Of a stretch of DNA of 47,590 nt, positions 26,486 to 35,688 are shown piece after piece. Numbering within the stretch: the first letter of the stretch is position 1; every line of letters begins with the position of its first letter. The DNA lies in the IMG/VR virus record IMGVR_UViG_3300016665_000364, positions 1 to 47,590 of that record; one strand, written 5' to 3'. The notes under the pieces are model-generated. The model saw only the letters and a list, made by a program, of their open reading frames with translations, was not told the DNA's origin and ran no database searches. Position numbers and translations under genes: made by a program. The DNA is from a virus (Duplodnaviria; Caudoviricetes).

Positions 26486-27748
26486 TCAGGCCGACGTGGT
26501 GGTGGACAGCTTGACGTTGACGTTGAAGCCCGGCGCGTCGCAGCCGAGATCGCCGTAGAACGCCTGGCGCGACTCGTAGCCGTTGCTCGACGACGCGCGC
26601 AGCATGTTGAGGCCGTCCTCGTCCTGCACGCTGATCATCGGGCCCATGGAGTAGAGCTTCCACGAGTCGAGGTTCACGCCGAACGCGGTGTCCGCGGGGC
26701 AGTACGCATCCGCGATGACCTTGATGACCCCGCCGGGGCCGGTCACCTCGATCGCGCGGAAGCCGAGCTTCGCCACGCCAGCCGCCGACTCCTCGGAGTA
26801 GCGCACGCGCGCGCCGAGGGCCTTCTCCAGCTTCGCCCAGTTGGCGAACGACACGAAGTAGTGGCTCAGAGCGCCACCCTCGCGACCGACCTGCACCGCG
26901 CCGTCGATCAGAGCCTCCTCGATGGGGACCGCCGAGCCGTCGACACGCTGACCGCCGAGGCGGGTCGGGTCGAGCGAACGGTCCACGGTGAGGAACGTGG
27001 TCGAGGTCGGAGCCGACTGCGGGATCCACGCCTTGAGGCCGGTGACGCACTGGCGCGAGGGGGTCGCGGCGGACTCACGGTCGCCGTACGCGAACATGGA
27101 GTCGCCCGTGGTGAGCGCCGAGATGGTCGCGGTGACGCCGGCCGAGAACGTGATGACGCCGGTCGCGCGATTGACCGCCGAGACGGTGATGGTGGTGCCG
27201 GTGACGCCGCCGTACAGGAGGCCGCTGTCCTCGGTGGTGCAGGCCTGGATGACCATGCCCTTCTCCCAGCCCACGACGTCCTCGATGTTCGCGAGGGTCA
27301 CGGTGCTGCCGGAGATCGAGCCGACCGTACCGACGCGGCCGTGGCCGTTGCGGTACAGGTCCCACGCGAGGCGGCGCTTCATCGCGAGGATGACCGAATC
27401 GATCTCCTCGGTCAGAGCCTTGATGAACGAGCCGTCGTCGCTGGCGGTCGCCTTGATCAGCTCGCCGTCGATGACCGCGATGCCGAACTTCTTCTTGCGC
27501 TGGAGCTCGAAGCGCTCGATCAGCGTGTAGGTCGCCTGCGAGAGGGTCTGGGCGTTCGAGAACGACGCCGAGACGCCCTGCGCGATGCCGTAGCGTACGG
27601 GGATCGGGAGCTTCGAGCCCACGAACTTCTCGGCCTTGGGCACGAGAGCGAGGAACGGAGCGTCCTTGTAGACGAGGGAGAGGACGCGCTGCTTGGTGTA
27701 GTATTCCTTCAGCGCGTCGCCGTAGGTCGTGATGTCAGCGTATGCCAT
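26486..27748 (-). CDS. Major capsid protein
   Basis: 420 aa following the scaffold; LKEYY..., PFLALVPK, R.LA.DLY.NG.G, FYGDLGC..PG pattern; very strong codon bias. Confidence 0.85.
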   Translation of the reverse strand: MAYADITTYGDALKEYYTKQRVLSLVYKDAPFLALVPKAEKFVGSKLPIPVRYGIAQGVSASFSNAQTLSQATYTLIERFELQRKKKFGIAVIDGELIKATASDDGSFIKALTEEIDSVILAMKRRLAWDLYRNGHGRVGTVGSISGSTVTLANIEDVVGWEKGMVIQACTTEDSGLLYGGVTGTTITVSAVNRATGVITFSAGVTATISALTTGDSMFAYGDRESAATPSRQCVTGLKAWIPQSAPTSTTFLTVDRSLDPTRLGGQRVDGSAVPIEEALIDGAVQVGREGGALSHYFVSFANWAKLEKALGARVRYSEESAAGVAKLGFRAIEVTGPGGVIKVIADAYCPADTAFGVNLDSWKLYSMGPMISVQDEDGLNMLRASSSNGYESRQAFYGDLGCDAPGFNVNVKLSTTTSA

Positions 27749-27774
27749 GTGTCGAGAGCCTCAGAGTTGAGGGC

Positions 27775-28731
27775 TCACTTCGCGGCGCGACGCTCGGCGC
27801 GTTTCTGGGCGACCTTCTTCGCGATGACGGCCAGGGCCTCTTCGCGTTCGAGTTCGTCCGTCGCGTCCGGTTGCGCTGGCGAGGTGGCCAGTTTGTCGGT
27901 GAGCGTGACTGACGCTTTGGGCTCTCGCGCGTCGGCTTGCTTGGCTTTGGGTGCCGCAACTGTCTCTTGCGGCTTGAACAGCGCGGCGACCTTCTTCGCG
28001 CGCGCCGCTTGCTTGGCTTGGTCGAGCAGGAAGTTCTCGATCATCTCGGCGGCTTGGGCGACGGGAAGGATCGTGCCCTGCTGCTGATAGGCGAGACGCA
28101 TCAGCTCGAAGACCTCCGACTCTTGTCCGAGGGAGGCCGTGAGTTCGTACTTGTCGGGGTCCGACTGGATGACGGACGCGATCTCCGACCGCAGCGCGTA
28201 GGCCGCGCGCTCGGCTTCTGCCGCCTGTGCGCGCTGCTCCTTCGCCGCCTGCTCCTCGCGGAGCTTCTGGAGCTCGGCGCGAATCTGCTCCACCTCGCTC
28301 TTGGAGCGGTTCTCCAAGTCGCGCATCAGCACGTCAGGCGTGGGCCCGTCGTCGAGATGCGCGCGAACGATGGTGTCGAGGTCGAGGCCCAGCTCGGCGA
28401 GCACGCCCTTCGGGTCGCGCAGCGCGTTCTTGCGCTTGCCCTCGTACTGCTCCATCCGCCGCTGCATCTCGGCGTACTGCTGGCGGAACTGCTCGATCTG
28501 CTGCGCCTGCGCATGCGCCTCCGCACGCGCGCGCTCGGCAGCCTGCCGTTCGGCGCGAGCTCGCTTCTCGATGCGCGCGGCCTCGATGAGGCGGCGTCGG
28601 TGCGCAGCGTCCGATTCGCCCGGTTGCTGCGGCGGCGCTTCTGCAGGTACTTCGGCCGGCGGGGCAACGGCCTCCGCAGGCAATGACGGTTCGGTGCCCT
28701 CCGCCGGAGCGGGGGCTTCTTGGTCGGTCAT
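27775..28731 (-). CDS. Capsid scaffolding protein
   Basis: Pro/Glu/Ala-rich N-terminus, long coiled coil and basic C-terminal helix; between portal and MCP. Confidence 0.8.
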   Translation of the reverse strand: MTDQEAPAPAEGTEPSLPAEAVAPPAEVPAEAPPQQPGESDAAHRRRLIEAARIEKRARAERQAAERARAEAHAQAQQIEQFRQQYAEMQRRMEQYEGKRKNALRDPKGVLAELGLDLDTIVRAHLDDGPTPDVLMRDLENRSKSEVEQIRAELQKLREEQAAKEQRAQAAEAERAAYALRSEIASVIQSDPDKYELTASLGQESEVFELMRLAYQQQGTILPVAQAAEMIENFLLDQAKQAARAKKVAALFKPQETVAAPKAKQADAREPKASVTLTDKLATSPAQPDATDELEREEALAVIAKKVAQKRAERRAAK

Positions 28732-28814
28732 CTTGGCTCGTAGGCGCGGATTGCCGCCGCGCGCGGTCTACCGTCCGTCCAGTTGTGGACGGTTAGGGAG
28801 CGTTGTGGACGGCC

Positions 28815-30704
28815 TCAGCCCGGCGCCATCGCGTTGCCCTGCATCGAGTCACCGGCGACGCCGGGGAGCGCGGGCATCGACGCGGCCACCGTGTCCATCG
28901 GCGGGGCCTCGGGCATCGTGGCGTCGGGCATCGCGCTGCCTGCCGTGGGAGGCGCCTGCCCCATCACGTCTTCGGGCGGCGGCTGGTTAGCGCGGGCGAT
29001 GAGGTCCACGCAGTCCGCGATGAAGGTGCGGATCTTCTCCAGGTTCTCTTCGCTGACCTTGTGCAACTTGCCGCGGAGGAGCGAGAGCTGCGCCACGCGC
29101 TGCGCCTCCTCCAAGTTGATGAACGGCTCGGGCGGGATGTAATCGCCGCCGTCTAGCATCGAATCGATGGCCTCGCGCACGAGGTCGGACGACGACCGGT
29201 CGAGCAACACCTCGTCCTCGAGGTCTGGGAAGTCGAGAAGCTTCTTCGCCTGGTCAGGCGTGAGCAGGCCATTGGTGGCCATGTCGACGACGGTCTGGAG
29301 CCGCCCGGCCGGCTGCGTCGGCAGCATGCTCGTCGGGAACATCGCCATCGAGTAGGCGTCGTCGTCCATGTCGACGTCGGACCACGCGATTGATTCGAGG
29401 AACTTGCGCTGGCGCGACCGGACCGATAGGTCCACGCCGTCCTCGTAGAGCTCGCGCGCGAGCTTGATGCACCAGCCTGCGAGGCGGAGGAAGAACGTCT
29501 CGTACCGCTGGCCAGCGACCACGAACCGCTCGGTCTCGATGTCGTTGACCTCGCGAATCGCGGCGCCCGACTCGACGCCCGCCGGCTTGGCCCCGCGCGC
29601 TGCGGCGGCGCTGACGCCGGTCTGCTCGTAGCCCCATTGCTTGAGTGTCTCGGTGAACGAGTAGAACTGCGGCGCCATCGTGGGCACCTGGCCGAACACC
29701 GGAGGCCCCATCGCGGGGTCGTACTCGATGATGCCTCCGATCATGTTGCTGATGTCCGACTTGCTCACCTTGGAGCCCGTCGGCACGAACACGACCGGGT
29801 TGCCTCCGCGCTCGTGCGACGTGTGGATGGCATCCACGTGGCGGTTCACGCTGGCCTGGATGGTCTGGAGTTCCTCGGCGAGTCCGGGGCTCCAGAACCC
29901 CGTCAACGGGTCGCTCCAGCGGAAGAACACGAAGGGGAAGTCATCGTGGGTGTACGGCTCGTTCACGAGCGTCGCGCCATCGATGCAGAGCGTGTGTCGG
30001 CCGTCGTCCTCGCCCTCGGCGGACGGTAGGTGCCACGACTCCACGACGTCGATGAGCGCGGTGGACGGTGTGAACCCGGCGCCGATGGCGTCGAGCGACG
30101 TCATGGGCGCGTCCATGATGGCGCGACGCTGCTTCGGGAACTGTGCCGCGAGCACGTCTCTGTTCACCGCACGGCGGTGGAACAACTGGCGCGGCTGGCC
30201 GTAGAACGCCTCGAAGTAGTCGACGAGGATTTCGTCCACCCGCACGCGCTCGCAACGGATCTTCTCGCCGTCCTTGTAGACCTTGAGCGCGCCGCCATCG
30301 AACACGCACGCGTCACGGAAGACGAGCTGGCCCTTCTCGAACGCGTCCATCTCGGCGAAGAGGCCGTCGAGGAACTTGGTGAGCTGCTTGGCCTTCTTCT
30401 GGAGCGCGAAGTCGCCGCCGCTCGTCAGGATCTGCGGCCTCGGCTTGTTCTTGCTGATCTTCGCGCACACCGTGTCGATGGCGGAGCGCGTGAGGTTGAA
30501 CGTCAGCCGCTGCTTGCGCTTCTGCGTGCTGTTGCCGACCGGCTTGCCTTCGTAGCGCGCCTGCCACTCGCGCAGCTTGATGCGGCGGAACTCCTGGTCC
30601 GCGCTGATGCGGCTGACGACCGCGAACACCTGGTCGTGGACAGCACGTTTCTGCAACCACCAGCGCGCATCGCTGGCGGAGTCGTTGGCGAATGAGATGG
30701 CCAT
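28815..30704 (-). CDS. Portal protein
   Basis: 629 aa after terL; FNL.RS.IDT..AKI, FP...F.W, SG.AIRE motifs and a Pro-rich tail. Confidence 0.85.
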   Translation of the reverse strand: MAISFANDSASDARWWLQKRAVHDQVFAVVSRISADQEFRRIKLREWQARYEGKPVGNSTQKRKQRLTFNLTRSAIDTVCAKISKNKPRPQILTSGGDFALQKKAKQLTKFLDGLFAEMDAFEKGQLVFRDACVFDGGALKVYKDGEKIRCERVRVDEILVDYFEAFYGQPRQLFHRRAVNRDVLAAQFPKQRRAIMDAPMTSLDAIGAGFTPSTALIDVVESWHLPSAEGEDDGRHTLCIDGATLVNEPYTHDDFPFVFFRWSDPLTGFWSPGLAEELQTIQASVNRHVDAIHTSHERGGNPVVFVPTGSKVSKSDISNMIGGIIEYDPAMGPPVFGQVPTMAPQFYSFTETLKQWGYEQTGVSAAAARGAKPAGVESGAAIREVNDIETERFVVAGQRYETFFLRLAGWCIKLARELYEDGVDLSVRSRQRKFLESIAWSDVDMDDDAYSMAMFPTSMLPTQPAGRLQTVVDMATNGLLTPDQAKKLLDFPDLEDEVLLDRSSSDLVREAIDSMLDGGDYIPPEPFINLEEAQRVAQLSLLRGKLHKVSEENLEKIRTFIADCVDLIARANQPPPEDVMGQAPPTAGSAMPDATMPEAPPMDTVAASMPALPGVAGDSMQGNAMAPG

Positions 30705-30733
30705 CTAGTTCCCTCGCGTGCGCGGGGTGTTGG

Positions 30734-32131
30734 TCAGTAGTCGTCGTCGTCAGAGCCACGCCCGAAGCGCCGCTCCATCTGCTCGTCCATGAACGCCTCG
30801 GAGTCCTGCTTCGGCTTCGGGGCCGGCGCGGGCTCGGCGAGGTAGTGCCTCGACGCCCGCCACAGGTAGAGCGCGGAGTCGGCGAGGTGGTTCGGGAACC
30901 CCTCGTGCTCCTTCGCCTGCCACTCGTCGTCCCACGGCAGCGCGCGCCACTCGTCGATGAGCCCGGCGCACTGGTCGCGGACCACCTTGATGCGCTGCAT
31001 CTGAAGGTCCGCGTTCATCAGCCGGATGTGGTCGCGCTTGCCCTGCTTCTCGGCGGCGACGAGCGGCAGGCGGTACACCGACCGCATGTGCTCCACGCCC
31101 TGCTTGTTCGCGCCGTCGATGACGAGCCGCGCGTTCGGGTAGGCCACGCGCAGCCGGCGAATCTCCTGCGCCACCTCGTCGAAGTTCATCGAAGGGCGCT
31201 TGACCGACGACAGCAGGTAGAGCGTCGGGTCGTGGCGACGCCAGCCGCCCACCGTGAACGCCGTATCGTCCGTGTAGCCGAGGTCGATCCCGATGCAGAA
31301 ATCCTCACACGCGGGCGCTGCCTCGACGGCGTTCGCAGGCGCGTATCGGTAGACGAGCCGGTCGGACGTCTCGGGCCACTCGCCGAGGTAGTGCGTCCGG
31401 TACTGCGTCGTCTCCTTGAACTGCGGCCGGTCGCGCTCGATGTCCTCGAGCTCCTCCCGGTGCTGTTCGGCCTGGTGCGGGTTGTCGAGCGCCGACCAGC
31501 GGTGCACCGACCAGCCGCGCTCCCGGCCCGACGTGATGCCGTAGAACAGTTGCGGCTTGTCGAGCGTGCCGAGGATCTCCCCCGGCGTGCCGACCATCGC
31601 GATGGTGCCGCGGTAGTCCGACGTCGCGGGGCGCAGCGTCTGGTAGACGAGCTCGCGGAGGTCGATCGTGTACTCCGACGACTCGTCCACGACCACGCGC
31701 CAGAACTTCTGGCCAAGGATCTTCCGCTTCTCGTCCTCGGTGGAGTCGACGCCGACGAAGTAGCAGACGCTCCCGTTCTCGTGGCGGATCGAGAGGTCCG
31801 AGTAGTTGGGCTTGAGCGGGACTCCGGCTTCGTCGCGGATGCGGAAGAAGACGTCCTTCCAGTAGATGCGCTTGATCGACTCGCGCGTGAGGCCGATGAC
31901 GAGGCTCGACGAGCCCGGCATCTCCTCCATGCCCTCAGTGATCATGATGCCCGCCGCGGTCGACTTGCCCGCGCGACGGGTGCAGAGCGCGGCCTTGAGC
32001 CGGCTACGGTCATCGATGAACGCGCGCTGCTTTGGGAAGCACATCGCGCGGATGCGGTTCAGCCGCGCCTGCTGCTCGGCAAAGATGCGCGCGGCCACCG
32101 GGAAGGCAGCACGCGCGCGGGTGAGGTCCAT
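30734..32131 (-). CDS. terL: Terminase large subunit
   Basis: Q..F, TRRAGKST (Walker A), VVVDES (Walker B), GTP coupling motif, IGIDLG and HLADSALY nuclease motifs. Confidence 0.95.
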   Translation of the reverse strand: MDLTRARAAFPVAARIFAEQQARLNRIRAMCFPKQRAFIDDRSRLKAALCTRRAGKSTAAGIMITEGMEEMPGSSSLVIGLTRESIKRIYWKDVFFRIRDEAGVPLKPNYSDLSIRHENGSVCYFVGVDSTEDEKRKILGQKFWRVVVDESSEYTIDLRELVYQTLRPATSDYRGTIAMVGTPGEILGTLDKPQLFYGITSGRERGWSVHRWSALDNPHQAEQHREELEDIERDRPQFKETTQYRTHYLGEWPETSDRLVYRYAPANAVEAAPACEDFCIGIDLGYTDDTAFTVGGWRRHDPTLYLLSSVKRPSMNFDEVAQEIRRLRVAYPNARLVIDGANKQGVEHMRSVYRLPLVAAEKQGKRDHIRLMNADLQMQRIKVVRDQCAGLIDEWRALPWDDEWQAKEHEGFPNHLADSALYLWRASRHYLAEPAPAPKPKQDSEAFMDEQMERRFGRGSDDDDY

Positions 32132-32169
32132 CAGCAGGGGCGGGGCTTGGGCTTGGTCTTCTTCGCCAT
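32131..32169 (-). CDS. 12-aa mini-ORF MAKKTKPKPRPC coupling the upstream gene to terL
   Basis: GAAGGAG RBS; TGATG overlaps at both ends. Confidence 0.5.
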   Translation of the reverse strand: MAKKTKPKPRPC

Positions 32170-32471
32170 CAGATCGTCTCCTTCCACGAGGTTCGGGCCT
32201 GCGACTCCACGGACGCCATCACGGCGTCCACGACATCGACCACGGCCGCGCCGCCCTTCTCCACCATCGGGCCGCCGAGGGCCGCCTGGAGCAGCCGCTG
32301 ACGGACGCCGCTCCGGCACTGGAGCTCGTGGCCGCGCACGCCTTCGTTCGCGCGCGCGTCGGTCTCGTCGGGGCGCTGCTCGTACGCTGCGCCGCACCAG
32401 CGGCACAGGATCTTCGTCCGCATCGGGAGGATGATGCCGCCCGGCGTAGCTTCGAGGTCTGCCACGGTCAC
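32169..32471 (-). CDS. Hypothetical C2HC zinc-finger-like protein
   Basis: CRWC...HELQC; GTGA overlap start. Confidence 0.6.
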   Translation of the reverse strand: MTVADLEATPGGIILPMRTKILCRWCGAAYEQRPDETDARANEGVRGHELQCRSGVRQRLLQAALGGPMVEKGGAAVVDVVDAVMASVESQARTSWKETI

Positions 32472-32728
32472 TTCCCCTTCGCGGTGGACGGTTCGGGCGT
32501 CTTCTGGATGGCGTAGTTGACGCCCTTCACGTTGCCCCACGGGACGAACGCGGTGCCGGTGTGGCCGTTCGGGTGGACGTGCGTGATGCGCAGGCCAGCG
32601 GCCTCCTCGACAAACGTCCACGCCTTGCGTCGCTCGGCAGACATGTCGCTCACGGGCGGCAGGCTCGGGTGGTTCTCGTTGCCGACGTAGACGGCTTCCT
32701 TGAAGTACACGCGTTCGATGTTGCTCAC
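32468..32728 (-). CDS. Hypothetical protein (86 aa)
   Basis: AAGGAG RBS, GTGA overlap; FVPWGNV motif. Confidence 0.65.
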   Translation of the reverse strand: MSNIERVYFKEAVYVGNENHPSLPPVSDMSAERRKAWTFVEEAAGLRITHVHPNGHTGTAFVPWGNVKGVNYAIQKTPEPSTAKGK

Positions 32729-33138
32729 TTGCTCATCTCCTTCGCCATCGCCAATCGCGTGGCGACTTGTTCGATCTGCGCCATCAGGGCGCGCTCATCG
32801 AGCATGTACTGGGCTCGCATGTTGCCGAGCCGGATGCCGAGCCCGTCGAGTTCCGCCTGGAGCGTGACCACCAGCGGCGGCGTCGGGGCCTCGGCGTGCT
32901 GCGCCACCAGGTCGAGGCTGCTGCGCGCGGTGCCTGCGAGCACGCGACGGCGGTGCGCCTCCTCCATCTCATCCTCGATGCGCGTGTCGGCGAGCGGATT
33001 GCCGTCCTTGTCGACCGGGGTCGAGGTGAACTTGACGTCGGCGAGCGCGCCCATGGCGCTCTGCACGGCGTCGAGCGCGGTGTTGTGGATGGCCCCCGCG
33101 CGTGCGGTGGCTTCGTCGGCGGATACGAATGCGGGCAT
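32725..33138 (-). CDS. Hypothetical coiled-coil protein
   Basis: TGATG overlap with the GNAT stop; heptad C-terminus. Confidence 0.6.
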   Translation of the reverse strand: MPAFVSADEATARAGAIHNTALDAVQSAMGALADVKFTSTPVDKDGNPLADTRIEDEMEEAHRRRVLAGTARSSLDLVAQHAEAPTPPLVVTLQAELDGLGIRLGNMRAQYMLDERALMAQIEQVATRLAMAKEMSK

Positions 33139-33626
33139 CAGCGTCGTCCTGCGTGAGGGTTGAAGGTCAGTTGGTATTTGGTCATCCATCCGAGGAAGTT
33201 GCGGCCGACGTAGGTGCAGACCATGCCGCTTCGCCACTCGGGGAGGATGGCGTTCATCAGGTCCCGCGCGATGCCGTTGCGTCGCATCGTGTGCTTCACG
33301 TGGACCCAGTGCGCGATGCGGTGCTCGGGCTCCGCGATGGCGAAACCGTAGATCGTCTCCGCATCGTCGGCGTCGCAGGCCACGACCGCGCGCGTCGTCG
33401 GCCGCTCGAGGATTTCCGCCACCGCAGCGCGCGTGAACCGGTGCGGAACGTCGGCGAACCAGCCGACCTGCGTGCCCGACAGCGTGCGGTGGTCGCACCA
33501 TTGCGAGAGGTCGGAGGACTTGAGCTCGCCCCACGCGTCGCCCGCGGACTTGAGCCACGACGAGAGGATGAACCCCACGTCCCCTGGCTCGGCGGGTCGT
33601 AGGCGGTAGATCGGGTCGGTCATCAT
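33138..33626 (-). CDS. GNAT-family acetyltransferase
   Basis: RLRPAEPGD N-terminus, IYGFAIA strand, HWVHVKHTMRRNGIARDLM acetyl-CoA motif A. Confidence 0.8.
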   Translation of the reverse strand: MMTDPIYRLRPAEPGDVGFILSSWLKSAGDAWGELKSSDLSQWCDHRTLSGTQVGWFADVPHRFTRAAVAEILERPTTRAVVACDADDAETIYGFAIAEPEHRIAHWVHVKHTMRRNGIARDLMNAILPEWRSGMVCTYVGRNFLGWMTKYQLTFNPHAGRR

Positions 33627-34690
33627 GCTCCCAGCGCTGCGAGTCGCTCGCGCGCCATGTCGTTCGCCACGTACCGCACGGTCCATTGCTGCGGACCCAC
33701 GGACACCGCGGCGCGGTACATCTCTGCCGCGTGGTCGCGCATGCCCAGCGCCTCGGCCACCATGCCGCGCATCGTCAGCACGTCGGGGTGCTCGACCCCT
33801 TCGCGCGCGTCCCACTCCGTCAGCGTCGCCCACGCCTTCTCAGCGTCGCGAGCTCGCAGCGCGCACCACGTGCGGGCTACGACGAGCCGGAGGAACTGCG
33901 CGCCGATGAGCTTCTCGTGCCCGAGCATCGCCCACGCGCGCTCGGCTGCGTCTTCGGCCCGCGACGGGTCCGCGCCGCTGGCGTGTTCGAGCGCGAGGTA
34001 CGTCAGCGGGACGGGGTTGGTCGGGTCCAGCGACGCCGCGCGCTCCAGCAGCAGCACGTTGCGCAGGTCCTTGCCCAGCTTGCGCCGGATGCCGGGCTCG
34101 TGCCCGTACTCCGCGACGCGCGAGCGGGTCACGTTGCCCCGTGTCGTTCCGTGCAAATCGTGCCTACGCTCCTCCCACGCCGCGACCGTCTCGTGGATCA
34201 CGCCGTCGTACCAGGGCCCGTCCACGCGCCGGATGAGCGCAATGTTGCCGTTCGGCTTGGCGAACCTCGCACGGCCGGCCACCACGTCCACAGGACGCGC
34301 CGTGAGCTTGGCCGAGATGTGGAACCACAGCGTCCACGTGTCGTGCTGCTCCTGCGCCGCGGCCTCGCGCACCGCGTCGAGCGTCGGCCAGACGTAGGCA
34401 TGGTCGGCATCCACGATGAGCGCATGCGTCCCGCTTGCGAGACCGATGGCGCGGTTCCGAGCGTCGGCGAAGTCGGAGAGCACGCGCATGCCGCCCAGCT
34501 CGATGGTCCGCTCGGGCTCCGAGACGAGGACGTCCGCGCCGTGTCGACGTGCGACATCCATCGTCGCGTCCGTCGAGCCCGTGTCGAGCACGACGATCTC
34601 GTCCACCCCGCGTCGAATCGAGTCAAGGCAACGCGGGAGGTTCGCGGCCTCATTGCGCACGATGAGGCAGGCGCTTAGGGTTGGCTTCAT
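33623..34690 (-). CDS. GT2 (GT-A) glycosyltransferase with TPR-like C-terminus
   Basis: LSACLIVRNEAANLPRCLDSI, LDTGSTD, DFADARN, VDADH, GVIHE, then helical repeats. Confidence 0.92.
   Translation of the reverse strand: MKPTLSACLIVRNEAANLPRCLDSIRRGVDEIVVLDTGSTDATMDVARRHGADVLVSEPERTIELGGMRVLSDFADARNRAIGLASGTHALIVDADHAYVWPTLDAVREAAAQEQHDTWTLWFHISAKLTARPVDVVAGRARFAKPNGNIALIRRVDGPWYDGVIHETVAAWEERRHDLHGTTRGNVTRSRVAEYGHEPGIRRKLGKDLRNVLLLERAASLDPTNPVPLTYLALEHASGADPSRAEDAAERAWAMLGHEKLIGAQFLRLVVARTWCALRARDAEKAWATLTEWDAREGVEHPDVLTMRGMVAEALGMRDHAAEMYRAAVSVGPQQWTVRYVANDMARERLAALGA
34653..34681 (+). promoter_or_regulatory. Putative sigma70 promoter for a leaderless lipoprotein mRNA
   Basis: TTGCGC (34653-34658), 17-bp spacer, TAGGGT (34676-34681); ATG follows 7 nt later with no SD. 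Confidence 0.5.
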
Positions 34691-35084
34691 GAGGGACTCA
34701 GTGTTCGCAGTCGGGGTGCTGTCGCTTGCGCTGCTGGCGTGTGGCTACCGGCCGTCCGGTGCGTTCCAGCCGCGGTCGCACTCGACGCCCACCGACCAGA
34801 TCTGCAAGGTCGCGATCGAGATGGGTCCGGATGACGTGGTGCTGGTGGAGGAGGCCGGCGGTCGGAAGACGGGCGTGCTGGAGGTCGACGCCGAGTCCAA
34901 CCCGGTCGAGTACGAGGTCTCCGCGTACGGCGGCACGCACTTCATCAGCCGGCGCTCGACGAACTCGTACACCGCGCACGGCGTCATCAGCCGCAAGCAC
35001 AACGACTCGGTGATCGAGGTCTACCGCGTGCCGGTCAGGCAGTGGGACCAGTTGCCGAAGGGGCTGCGACCGGAGAAGCCGTGA
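34689..35084 (+). CDS. Predicted lipoprotein, antisense to the late operon
   Basis: MRDSVFAVGVLSLALLAC signal peptide with lipobox; good coding bias; fills the gap between the LpxA-like and GT genes. Confidence 0.75.
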   Translation: MRDSVFAVGVLSLALLACGYRPSGAFQPRSHSTPTDQICKVAIEMGPDDVVLVEEAGGRKTGVLEVDAESNPVEYEVSAYGGTHFISRRSTNSYTAHGVISRKHNDSVIEVYRVPVRQWDQLPKGLRPEKP

Positions 35085-35118
35085 GCCTCGGGCCACGCGT
35101 AGTATCCGAGCCAGTACG

Positions 35119-35688
35119 TCATCGCCGCCCCTTGTCCTTCGCGAACCGTTCCCACAACGCAGGGCGCACCGAGCGGAAGCCCGACTCGACGGCCAGAATC
35201 TCGTCGTCGGTGAAGCCCGCGCGCTTCATGCCGACGCGGTTGTAGCCGACCTTGCGCGCCGGCACGCCCACCCACGTCTCGAACGGCGGCACGTCCTCGA
35301 GCACGACCGCGCCCGCGCCGACCATCGCGTACGCGCCGATCGTGACGTGCTGGTGCGTCGTGGCGTTCAGCCCGAGATTCGCGCCCTCGTGCACGATGGT
35401 GTGACCTCCGAGCGTCGCGCCCGTGGCCAGCGTGACGTCGGGCCCGAGCTCGCAGTCGTGACCGACGTGCGTGTGCGCCATCAGGTAGCAGCGCGGCCCG
35501 ATGACGGTGCAGCGCCCGAAGCCGCCATGAACCGTGGCGAACTCGCGAATCACCGTGCCGTCGCCGACCTCGACGCCCTTGTTCGGTGGGTTGACGCCTT
35601 TGCGCTTGTCCTCGCCCGGTGCGCCGACGACGGCCAGCGGGGATACGTGCGTCTCGCCGAGGAGGAAGAGGAGGCGGTCAGACAACAT
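35119..35688 (-). CDS. lpxA: LpxA-like left-handed beta-helix UDP-sugar acyltransferase (short, 189 aa)
   Basis: IREFATVHGG, LMAHTHVGHDC, LGGH, HQ, DVPPF and NRVGMKRAGF match LpxA signature segments including the catalytic His. The symbol denotes family, not proven function. Confidence 0.8.
   Translation of the reverse strand: MLSDRLLFLLGETHVSPLAVVGAPGEDKRKGVNPPNKGVEVGDGTVIREFATVHGGFGRCTVIGPRCYLMAHTHVGHDCELGPDVTLATGATLGGHTIVHEGANLGLNATTHQHVTIGAYAMVGAGAVVLEDVPPFETWVGVPARKVGYNRVGMKRAGFTDDEILAVESGFRSVRPALWERFAKDKGRR

Noticed and set aside
19959-32434. Long + strand ORFs (19959-22016, 25499-28087, 30692-32434; similarly 40565-42016)
   Set aside because: They are antisense shadows of clear minus-strand phage genes; stop-poor frames are expected at this GC, and the products are Arg-rich without motifs.
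34698-35096. Minus-strand 132-aa ORF keeping the late operon continuous
   Set aside because: It has shadow-like composition, whereas the + strand frame has a signal peptide, lipobox and normal codon bias.
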